Source: an uncultured Hyphomicrobiaceae bacterium (lineage in GTDB: Bacteria > Pseudomonadota > Alphaproteobacteria > Rhizobiales > Hyphomicrobiaceae). Taken from it: DNA of 29,270 bases. How positions within the stretch are numbered: position 1 is the first letter of the stretch; each line of letters opens with the position of its first letter. Shown here piece by piece: positions 1-8,700 of the stretch. The notes under the pieces were generated by a model, which was not told the DNA's origin, did no database searches, and was given only the letters and a program-made list of their open reading frames with translations. Position numbers and translations under genes: made by a program. Location: contig CAZWCL010000001.1 in NCBI GenBank assembly GCA_964632265.1, positions 1-29,270 of the forward strand, written 5' to 3'.

Positions 1-2
1 CA

Positions 3-917
3 TTTGAACTTCTCGTTCTCGGCGCGGCTGCCGGCGGCGGCCTGCCCCAATGGAATTGCGCAACATCCAACAGTGCAGCGGTCTGGCGGGGAGATCCGTC
101 AGTCGCGGTCGCAACGCAGTCCTCGGTCGCCGTCGGGACCGCGGGCCACTGGACTTTGCTGAACGCTTCGCCCGATATCCGACAGCAAATTCTATCTCAG
201 CCGAAACTGCATCCAACTGCGGTGCCGGGGGATCAGAAACGGCGCTCGCCGATCGGTGCCGTCCTTTTGACGGATGGCGATCTTGATCATATCACGGGAC
301 TCTTATCGTTACGGGAGCGGACCCCGTTCCGACTGATCGCAACCCAGACAACATTGTGCGGATTAGCGGCCAACCCGGTTTTCGATTCGCTCTCGCCAAG
401 CATTGTCGAACGTGAAACGGCAAACCTTGGTCAATGGGTTCATCTCGCAAATGGATTACGCGCACGACTGTTCGCGGTGCCCGGTAAAGTCCCGCTCTAT
501 CTGGAAAAAGCGCAATTGCCGTTGCAAACAGACGAGGTCACCGACGGAACGGTCGGGGTCGAGATGAACGATGGTGCAAGAAAATTTTTCTATGTTCCAA
601 GCTGCGCAAAAATGACCGCCGACTTAAAAGACAGAATTCAGGGTGCCGACCTGGTGCTGTTTGATGGCACGGTATTTCACGACGACGAACTGATCAAATG
701 TGGTGTCGGCGAAAAGACGGGGCGGCGCATGGGACATATGCCGATGTGCGGGCCAGGCGGATCGGTGGAGGCGTTTCGCAGCATCGATGTAGGCCGCAAA
801 ATCTATATCCATATAAACAACACCAACCCGGTCTGGCAGACGGAAAGCGAAGAACGGTTTTTATTGGAAGAAGCGGGCTGGGAGATCGCATATGACGGCC
901 TGGAGATTAGTCTGTGA
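3..917 (+). CDS. pqqB: PQQ biosynthesis protein PqqB (metallo-beta-lactamase fold), 5' end lies outside the window
   Basis: Frame is open from nt 3: FELLVLGAAAGGGLPQWNC...TQSSVAV...LLNASPDIRQQI, LTDGDLDHITGL, GHMP, HINNTNP are PqqB hallmarks. The ORF-track start at 156 is internal. Confidence 0.95.
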   Translation, partial: FELLVLGAAAGGGLPQWNCATSNSAAVWRGDPSVAVATQSSVAVGTAGHWTLLNASPDIRQQILSQPKLHPTAVPGDQKRRSPIGAVLLTDGDLDHITGLLSLRERTPFRLIATQTTLCGLAANPVFDSLSPSIVERETANLGQWVHLANGLRARLFAVPGKVPLYLEKAQLPLQTDEVTDGTVGVEMNDGARKFFYVPSCAKMTADLKDRIQGADLVLFDGTVFHDDELIKCGVGEKTGRRMGHMPMCGPGGSVEAFRSIDVGRKIYIHINNTNPVWQTESEERFLLEEAGWEIAYDGLEISL

Positions 918-1678
918 CCGACACCGACCCAATCAAAGAAAGACTGACGCCTGACGCGCTTGAGGCACATCTGCGCGCCATCGGCGAGGAACGCTATCAT
1001 CGCCGTCATCCGTTCAACGAACGCCTGCACCTCGGGCGGTGCACTTTGAATGAAGTTCGCGCATGGGCGCTCAACCGCTATTGTTACCAGCGCACCATAC
1101 CGCGTAAAGATGCAACCGTTCTTGCCCGTTTAGATGATGTTGAAGCCCGGCGCATCTGGCGCCGGCGGATCGTGGATCATGACGGTGATCCCGGAGACGC
1201 GCCGGAAGGCGGCCTTAGGCGCTGGCTTGCGCTCACGGATGAACTTGGTTTCGAACGGGATTACGTCGTTTCGCAGCAAGGCGTCCTGCCCGCCGTCCAA
1301 TACGCCAGTGAGGCTTATGTAAACTACGTCGCGTCTCAACCGGTCCTCGAAGCGATTTCCTCCAGCCTCACCGAGATGTTTTCGCCCACCGCGATCCAGG
1401 AGCGCGTCAGCGGCATGCTTCGCCACTACGATTTTATCACCCCGAACGCCTTGCGCTATTTCGAACACCGTATGAGCGAGGCACCGCGAGATGTCGATTT
1501 TGCCCTCGACTATGTCAAACGCAATGCGACAACTGCGGATCTGCAAAACCGCGTCAGCGCCGCTCTCCGTTTCAAGTGCGATGTGCTTTGGGCGCAGCTT
1601 GACGCGATCCATTACGCCTATGTGGTTGCTGAACCGCCGCCCGGTGCCTGGCGTCCTCCCTTGGCCTTGAATTCTTGA
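914..1678 (+). CDS. pqqC: Pyrroloquinoline-quinone synthase PqqC
   Basis: RYHRRHPF, WALNRYCYQ..IPRKDA, RIVDHDG, SSLTEMFSP, APRDVDFAL, FKCDVLWAQLD. GTG start overlaps the pqqB TGA (GTGA at 914-917). Confidence 0.95.
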   Translation: MTDTDPIKERLTPDALEAHLRAIGEERYHRRHPFNERLHLGRCTLNEVRAWALNRYCYQRTIPRKDATVLARLDDVEARRIWRRRIVDHDGDPGDAPEGGLRRWLALTDELGFERDYVVSQQGVLPAVQYASEAYVNYVASQPVLEAISSSLTEMFSPTAIQERVSGMLRHYDFITPNALRYFEHRMSEAPRDVDFALDYVKRNATTADLQNRVSAALRFKCDVLWAQLDAIHYAYVVAEPPPGAWRPPLALNS

Positions 1679-1698
1679 AAAGGGGGCAGTGCGAACGC

Positions 1699-3162
1699 AT
1701 GGATGGTTTATCGAGTTCGACCCGGGTGAGGATGCTGCACGGCACGCGCCTCCACTGGTGCGCGCGGCGGCAAGCGCCATACCTTATGGTCCCCGAAAGG
1801 GCGCTGGAGCTAACGCCGACGGCGCACGCCGTTTTGTCTTTGGTTGATGGCCGCAATTCGATCGGAGATATCGCGGCAAAACTCGCGACTAAATACGATG
1901 CTTCGCAGCCGCACATCGAGCGCGATGTCATGGCGCTGCTCCATCCCCTCATTAGCGATCGCAGTCTTGATTGCGGCAACAACGCTTCCTGCGGGCATAC
2001 CGCGACGGCTTCGAAGACAGCAATTCAGTCCCCCAAAATGTCTGAAGCAACGCCGAGACATCGGCAGGCATCCAGTAGGGCGCCCCGCCCCATCGCAATG
2101 CTCGCGGAGCTCACTCATCGCTGCCCGCTGAGCTGCCTTTATTGCTCAAACCCGGTGCAGCTTACCCGGCGAAGCTCGGAACTTGAGACAGAAGAGTGGG
2201 GCCGTGTCTTCGATCAGGCCGTCCAACTCGGGGTCCTGCAGGTTCACTTATCCGGTGGGGAGCCGGGAGCACGGCGCGATCTGGCCGAACTGGTTGAGGC
2301 AGCCTCTACATCGGGCCTTTATACCAACCTGATCACATCGGGTGTCGGATTGAAGCCGGATACCATAGACGCCTGTATCGACGCCGGCCTGGATCACATT
2401 CAGCTCTCAGTGCAGGCGGCAGATGAGGCAACCAGCAAAGCTGTATCCAGACGTTCGGGTGCCCTCGCGCTCAAGAAGCGGGTCGCCGATCAGGTCGTTT
2501 CACGGGGGCTGCCGCTGACGGTAAATGCCGTGGTTCATCGTTGTAATATCCACCAGTCCCAAGACCTTGTGAGCCTTGCCCTCGAGTGGGGCGCGCGGCG
2601 GATCGAGATTGCACATGCGCAGTATCATGGCTGGGCGCTTCTCAACGCCGAGACCCTGAAGCCAAACCTCGACCAGGTGATCACTGCGACCAGTGTCGTC
2701 GAACACGCGAGACGCGAATTAGCGGGTGTGCTCGCGATCGATTACGTAAAACCCGATCACTTCGCGCGGTATCCCAAAGCCTGCATGGGTGGATGGGGAC
2801 GTGTTGGACTCAATATCACGCCGGATGGAAAAGTGCTGCCATGCCATGCCGCCGAGACCATTCCCGGCATTGTGGCTGACACTGTCCGCGAGATGAGCCT
2901 CGAAGACATTTGGTTCGGGGGCGCTGCGTTCCAGATGTTTCGCGGCACGTCGTGGATGCAGGAGCCCTGCCGAAGCTGTCCGCGTCAAGAGCTTGATTTC
3001 GGTGGCTGCCGCTGTCAGGCCTTCGCGCTGACCGGCGATGCAGCAGCGGCCGATCCAACGTGCGAGCTTGTGTCTGGAGGGGCCGCCGTGGCTTTTTTGG
3101 AGGATGCCGCCCCCTCGAACAAGCATCCAATCTATCGGTCCATGTCCAGGAAACCTGGCTGA
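1699..3162 (+). CDS. pqqE: PqqD (RRE chaperone)-PqqE (radical SAM/SPASM peptide cyclase) fusion; alternative TTG start at 1675
   Basis: N-terminal ~90 aa are PqqD-like (LMVPERALEL..AHAVLSLVDG..SIGDIAAKLA.KY.A...IERDV). They continue with no stop into AELTHRCPLSCLYCSNP (CxxxCxxC), GGEP, and SPASM motifs CMGGWG, PCH, CRSC, GGCRC, DPTC. Confidence 0.9.
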   Translation: MDGLSSSTRVRMLHGTRLHWCARRQAPYLMVPERALELTPTAHAVLSLVDGRNSIGDIAAKLATKYDASQPHIERDVMALLHPLISDRSLDCGNNASCGHTATASKTAIQSPKMSEATPRHRQASSRAPRPIAMLAELTHRCPLSCLYCSNPVQLTRRSSELETEEWGRVFDQAVQLGVLQVHLSGGEPGARRDLAELVEAASTSGLYTNLITSGVGLKPDTIDACIDAGLDHIQLSVQAADEATSKAVSRRSGALALKKRVADQVVSRGLPLTVNAVVHRCNIHQSQDLVSLALEWGARRIEIAHAQYHGWALLNAETLKPNLDQVITATSVVEHARRELAGVLAIDYVKPDHFARYPKACMGGWGRVGLNITPDGKVLPCHAAETIPGIVADTVREMSLEDIWFGGAAFQMFRGTSWMQEPCRSCPRQELDFGGCRCQAFALTGDAAAADPTCELVSGGAAVAFLEDAAPSNKHPIYRSMSRKPG

Positions 3163-3203
3163 TGTAGAATTTCGGCAATGGCACATCCCAACGGTCTTGT
3201 GGC

Positions 3204-3234
3204 TTGACGTTCCACTGGGCGGAACGTTTACGGT
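3204..3234 (+). promoter_or_regulatory. MerR/CueR-type sigma70 promoter with operator dyad
   Basis: -35 TTGACG (3204-3209), 19-bp spacer, -10 TACGGT (3229-3234). Perfect dyad ACGTTCC-N7-GGAACGT (3207-3227) versus the CueR consensus ACCTTCC-N7-GGAAGGT. Lies directly upstream of the copper efflux unit. Confidence 0.8.
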
Positions 3235-3264
3235 GCAAGAGAAATTCGGGGTAAATGTTGGCGC

Positions 3265-3738
3265 ATGAGCGACGCACGCCATATTCTTGGACAATCAGCG
3301 GCCACTGTGGTTGCCGCTATTGTATTGCTGTTTGTGTTCGCGGCGGCGGGCCATGCAGGCCACAGCGAACATAATCACGGGCCCCATGTTCAGACTGCGT
3401 CCCCGGCGTCGATGACGGCGCAAAAACGCTCCCATACTCATCTGCGCACAGCTAACAGCCACCACACTACGCCGACCCGGACAGCAACGCTGTGCCCGAT
3501 GACGCTGTCTCAATCTCACTGCGAAATGTGTTTCGACTTGTTCGCCGTGAACGTCATGGCAAGCGGTCCCCGCAAATTCCTGACAGCGGTTTTCTTTAAA
3601 GCAGATCACGCCTTTTGGCGTCAGGCGAACAGGATCTCGCGGCATTCGTCACAAGAAAACCGCGTCCGCGGACCTCCCAGCCGAATTGCGCCTCGAATCT
3701 GCCGAATTGTCGCTCTTCGGAGCCGGTTGCGCATCTAG
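3265..3738 (+). CDS. His-rich exported protein with CxxC and RGPP motif (DUF2946/CutF/CruR-like leader, putative)
   Basis: Hydrophobic signal-like segment (aa 12-29), 13 His, CEMC at 3520-3531, RGPP at 3667-3678. First ORF after the CueR-type promoter and upstream of cusB. Confidence 0.65.
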   Translation: MSDARHILGQSAATVVAAIVLLFVFAAAGHAGHSEHNHGPHVQTASPASMTAQKRSHTHLRTANSHHTTPTRTATLCPMTLSQSHCEMCFDLFAVNVMASGPRKFLTAVFFKADHAFWRQANRISRHSSQENRVRGPPSRIAPRICRIVALRSRLRI

Positions 3739-3801
3739 CCGACCATTTGCCCCCGCACGCGCTGAGAAGTACGCGACCCAGCGCGCCGCACCGGGGTTCT
3801 G

Positions 3802-3838
3802 ACGCATAGGGGCCGACGATTGTCGGCTGGCGATGCGT
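3802..3838 (+). other. Stem-loop in the leader-cusB intercistronic region
   Basis: GCCGAC-gatt-GTCGGC (3812-3827) nested inside ACGCAT (3802-3807) / ATGCGT (3833-3838). Confidence 0.4.
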
Positions 3839-3883
3839 GCGAGCCAAATTTCTCGAAATCTTCGTCCAGCCAAAGGATGCACC

Positions 3884-5716
3884 ATGTGCAGCCAGTGTCA
3901 CCGCACACGGCGCCGCCGCGCAGCCGTCGTCGCCTGCTTGCCTATACTCCTGATTGCCCAGCCGTTAGGGACCGGCCTTGTCAATTCCGTTCACGGTGGA
4001 GGCTCCGACACGCCAACATACAGCACGCTCTTCGGGGGTGAGGCCTTTGCCGCAGAAGCCAAGGCTTCAACCGACCCAGACCTCATAAAATACACCTGTC
4101 CGATGCACCCCCACTACATTGCCGACGAGATGGGGACCTGCCCAATCTGCGGCATGGATCTGGTCAAGTTAGAGACCGGAGACTCGCTGGGCTCAACCGC
4201 AGGCGAGGGCCGCACCGTCATCACCGTTGCGTCCGAGACGATCCAGAACATGGGCGTGCGTCTCAGTAAGGCCGAACTGTCGAGCTTCGGCCGCGGGCTG
4301 CGCAGCTACGGCATCGTTCATGAAAACGAGCGCCGCCAGACGGAAGTCACCGCCCGTGTCGAGGGTTGGATCGAGGAACTCGAGGTTACAGCCGTCGGTG
4401 ATACCGTCAAAAAAGGCGATCTCCTCTTCAAACTCTACTCGCCGCAATTGATTATCTCGCAAGGCGACTTCCAGCGATCGCGCGGCAGCCGAGACCTTGC
4501 CGGTCGCGGGGAAGGCCAGTTGCGCTCTTTCGGCGTCCAGGAACAAGCCTTGGCGCAAATCAAGCGTCGCGAACGACCGATGCAGCTTGTGCCCTTCTAC
4601 GCTGAACAGGACGGTACGATTTCCGAACTCGCCTTGCGCCAGGGCACCTACGTCAAGCGCGGCATGATGCTCGCCAAGATCCAGGATTATTCAAACGTCT
4701 GGCTGCGTGTCGGCGTCCCGGAAAAGGATCTTGGCTTCATCTCCCGCAACACACCCGCTCTCGTTTCATTTCCCAATCTGCCGGGCCGTCAGGTGAGCGC
4801 CGTCGTCGACTACATCTACCCCACTGTGGACACCAAAACCCGGACCGGCCAGGTCCGGCTCGTCATCTCAAATGAGGACGGCATGATCCGTCCCGGCAGC
4901 TACGCCGACGTCACCTTCGAAGTTGGTTCCGAGAGGCGCCTCGCCGTACCCTCGGAAGCGGTCTTGCGCAGCGGCGCGGGTCGATACGTCGTCGTCTCTC
5001 TCGGTGAGGGCCGCTTTGAGCCCAGGCTGATCGAGGCGGGCCTGATTTCCAATGGACGGACTGAAGTCAAACAAGGCGTGCTTGAAGGCGAGGACGTCGT
5101 CGTCTCCGGTCAGTTCCTGCTTGATAGCGAAAGCGCGTTACGTGAGTCGTTCCGCAAGTTGCAGAAGCTGCAGGTGCCACTGTCGCTGCTGAAGCTGACC
5201 AAAAACGAATTCGCGATGTTCGATCACCTGATCGATGCCTCGCTCTACGTGCACGAAGCCCTGGTCGACGGCTACGACGTGATACCACAGCAACTCGACT
5301 CCGCGATCTCGATCAAAAAGCTGATGTGGCCTCGATACAAGAACACGCAACTTGCGTTCGTCCTTGTGGACGCAGTGAAGGCGCTCAAACAGGTCCAAAC
5401 CGCGCGTACGGAAAGTGAGGTCCAGGCGGCACTGACGACGCTCAACAACGCTCTACGTGCGTGGGTTTTGAAAGGGGCGCCGGAGCATTACAAGTCCAAG
5501 AAGCTTACGGTCTTCCGTGATCTTAAATCGGACCGCATCTGGTTCCAGGTGGGCGACAAACCTTTCAACCCGTTTGTGCGTGGCGGCGGCGAATTGATCG
5601 CTTATCCGGAGGCACAAAAACGGCCCGCGAATTCAGCTGCCAACGAGCCGTCCGATGTAACCGAGACCACTGCTGCGAGCACTGCTGCAAAACCGGGAGC
5701 GCACAGTGGCCACTGA
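3884..5716 (+). CDS. cusB: CusB-family RND periplasmic adaptor with N-terminal heavy-metal-binding domain and ~180-aa C-terminal extra domain
   Basis: YTCPMHP...CPICGMDL, ARVEGWIEEL, LYSPQL, IYPTVDTKTRTGQVR, LIRPGSYADV, SGQFLLDSES. Start 3884 chosen because AAGGA precedes it; the ORF-track start is 3833. Confidence 0.9.
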   Translation: MCSQCHRTRRRRAAVVACLPILLIAQPLGTGLVNSVHGGGSDTPTYSTLFGGEAFAAEAKASTDPDLIKYTCPMHPHYIADEMGTCPICGMDLVKLETGDSLGSTAGEGRTVITVASETIQNMGVRLSKAELSSFGRGLRSYGIVHENERRQTEVTARVEGWIEELEVTAVGDTVKKGDLLFKLYSPQLIISQGDFQRSRGSRDLAGRGEGQLRSFGVQEQALAQIKRRERPMQLVPFYAEQDGTISELALRQGTYVKRGMMLAKIQDYSNVWLRVGVPEKDLGFISRNTPALVSFPNLPGRQVSAVVDYIYPTVDTKTRTGQVRLVISNEDGMIRPGSYADVTFEVGSERRLAVPSEAVLRSGAGRYVVVSLGEGRFEPRLIEAGLISNGRTEVKQGVLEGEDVVVSGQFLLDSESALRESFRKLQKLQVPLSLLKLTKNEFAMFDHLIDASLYVHEALVDGYDVIPQQLDSAISIKKLMWPRYKNTQLAFVLVDAVKALKQVQTARTESEVQAALTTLNNALRAWVLKGAPEHYKSKKLTVFRDLKSDRIWFQVGDKPFNPFVRGGGELIAYPEAQKRPANSAANEPSDVTETTAASTAAKPGAHSGH

Positions 5717-8700
5717 TCCCCAGTCAGACAACGGGACTGGTCATGATATCGCGGGCCATGACCCGACGCTCTCTGGCGTCGCCAAGATCATCGACTGGTC
5801 GGTGCGCAACCAGTTGCTCGTCATCATGGGGGCTCTGGCTCTCATCGTTGCCGGCTGGATGTCCCTCAAACAGACGCCGCTCGATGCCATCCCGGACCTA
5901 ACCGATACTCAGGTCATCATCCGCACGGAGTTTTCAGGCCAGTCGCCGCAGATCGTCGAGGATCTCGTCACCTACCCGCTGTCAACCGCCATGCTCGGCT
6001 TGCCGAAAACCAAGTCTGTCCGCGGGTTTTCGATGTTCGGGACGAGTTTCGTCTACGTCATCTTCCAGGACGGCGTCGACCAGTATTGGGCACGATCCCG
6101 AGTCATCGAGGCATTGTCGACGACCGGCGCCAATCTTCCTGCCAATGCCTCTCCGCGTATTGGCCCCGATGCAACCGGCGTCGGCTGGGTTTTCCAGTAC
6201 GGCTTGGTCGACAAGACCGGCAAGCGCGATCTCGCAGAGCTGCGCTCGTTGCAGGACTGGTTCGTGAAATTCGAACTCGCGACGGTCCCAGGCGTATCCG
6301 AAGTCGCCTCCGTCGGCGGCTTTGTGAAGGAATATCAGGTCCTCGTCGACCCAAACCGGCTGCGCGCCTACAACGTCCCGCTCGATCGCATAATCTCAGC
6401 CATCAAATCCGCAAGTGGAGAGGTTGGCGGCCGGGTAATCGAGCAGGCGGAAACCGAACTCATCGTACGCTCGACCGGATACATTCAAACACTAGAACAA
6501 CTTGGCGATGTGGTTGTTTTTTCCGAGAACGGAACGCCAGTAAAACTTGATGATATCGCCCGCCTCGTGGAAGGTCCGGAGCTACGCCGCGGCGTGGTCG
6601 AGCTCAACGGCGAAGGCGAAGTGGTTGGCGGCATTGTCGTCATGCGTTCCGGCGCCAACGCGCTCACTGTTATCGAAGGCATCAAAAGCAAGCTTGAGGA
6701 GATCAAGCAAGGACTGCCCGAGGGCGTCGAATTCGTCACCGTCTATGACCGCGCGCCGCTAATCGAAGGCGCAGTCAAATACCTTGAGCACAAGTTGCTC
6801 GAGGAAGCCTTGGTCGTTTTCCTCGTGTGTCTCATCTTCCTGCTACACGCACGGTCGGCGCTCGTCGCAATCATTACCCTGCCGCTCGGCATCCTCGGCG
6901 CCTTCATTGTGATGGCGCAGCAGGGCATCACGGCAAACATCATGTCGCTCGGCGGAATCGCTATTGCCATCGGCGCAATGGTCGATGCCTCGATTGTCAT
7001 GGTCGAAAACGCACACCGAAAACTTTCCGACATGGGCGACGAGGCGACTCCGGACGAACGGCGCGAAGCGCTGTTGATATCGGCCAAAGAAGTCGGCCCG
7101 GGCCTATTCTTTTCGCTGCTGATCATCACCGCGTCTTTCCTGCCGGTTTTCGCGCTGACCGGGCAGTCGTTCAAGCTGTTTGCGCCACTCGCCTACACCA
7201 AAACCTATGCCATGGCATTCGCGTCGGTCCTGTCAATCACGGTTGTGCCGGTTCTGATGCTGTGGCTAATCCGAGGCAAAATCCGGGGCGAAATGGCAAA
7301 CCCCATAAACTGGGTTTTCGTGCAGCTCTACCGGCCCATCATTTGGCTCGCCCTCAAGGCCCGTTGGCTCACTATCGCTCTCTCGCTCCTGGTGCTGGCG
7401 TCGGTCGCCTATCCGTTGTCGAAGATCGGCACCGAGTTCATGCCTGCGCTCTATGAGGGTGAATTGCTCTACATGCCGACAACATTGCCGGGCGTGTCGA
7501 TCAGTAAAGCCAAGGAAGTTCTGGCGCAAACCAACCGGCTCATCAAAACCGTGCCCGAGGTCGAGCGCGTGTTCGGCAAGGTCGGCCGTGCCGATACCGC
7601 TACCGACCCTGCGCCAATCTCGATGATTGAAACCTGGGTCCGTCTGAAGCCCAAAGAGGAATGGCGCGACGGGATGAATGTCCAGGACCTCGTCAAGGAA
7701 TTGGATCAACGAACCAAACTTCCGGGCCTCGTGAACTCCTGGGGCTACCCCATCAAGACCCGCATGGACATGATTTCGACCGGCATTCGTACACCGATCG
7801 GGGTCAAGATATCTGGCGGCGACTTGAAGGAGATCGAGCGCATTGCACTTCAGCTCGAGGGGGCGATCAAGGACATACCGGGCACTCGATCTGTTTTTGC
7901 TGACCGGGTTGTCGGCGGTAAATATCTCGAGATCAAACCCGATCGGCGCGAGCTTGCCCGCCGCAACATCGACCTCGCGACCTTCCAGTCGGTCATTCAG
8001 ACGGCGCTTGGCGGCATGCGGCTTGCCGAAAGTGTCCAGGGGCGCGAGCGCTACAATATCATGTTGCGTTACGACCGGCCGTTCCGCGAGACGCCCGAAC
8101 AGTTGGCAGAGGTCCTCATTCCGACGCCAACAGGGCAGCACATCCCGCTCGGCGAATTGGCCACGATCGAGGTGACCGACGGACCACCGATGCTGCGCTC
8201 GGAAAACGCACGGCTTACCGGGTGGGTATTCGTCGACATCACAGGCCGCGATATCGGGACCTATGTGGCCGAAGCTGAAAAGGTCGTGCGCGAGCAAATC
8301 ACATTGCCGTCCGGCTACGCCATCACCTGGTCGGGACAGTTCGAGCAGATGATCGAGGCGCGGGAACGCCTCTCGATTGCAATCCCTACGGCCATCTTGA
8401 TCATCTTCGTCTTGCTGATGCTGCACTTTGGCCGATTCGACCGGACTGCGATCATTATGCTGTCGCTGCCTTTCGGACTGATTGGCGGCCTTTGGGCAGT
8501 GTACCTTGCCGGCTACAATATGTCGGTCGCCGTCGCCGTGGGCTTTATCGCTCTCGGCGGTATCGCGGTCGAAACGGCAGTGGTGATGCTGCTCTACATC
8601 GACCAGCGTGTGCGCGAATTCCCGCCAAAAAGCAGGCAGGAATTGCTCGATGCGATTATTGCGGGTGCCGTCCAACGGGTCCGTCCGAAATTGATGACGG

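Noticed and set aside
1366-1420. PqqC lacks the His of the enterobacterial APQIH motif (here SPTAIQER)
   Set aside because: As I recall, alphaproteobacterial PqqC commonly reads EMFSPTII, so this is not distinctive.
3221-3250. GGAAC at 3221 as an EcfG promoter
   Set aside because: No GTT at the right spacing; better explained as the right half of the CueR dyad.
1-3264. pqqA precursor peptide
   Set aside because: No small ORF with ExxxY in a PqqA-like context was seen; it probably lies upstream of the window.
3884-3901. CxxCH (MCSQCH) at the CusB N-terminus as a heme c site
   Set aside because: It precedes the membrane anchor, so it would be cytoplasmic or cleaved and inaccessible to cytochrome c maturation; likely chance.
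7266-8675. 469-aa minus-strand ORF
   Set aside because: Antisense shadow of cusA in GC-rich DNA; no recognisable motifs.
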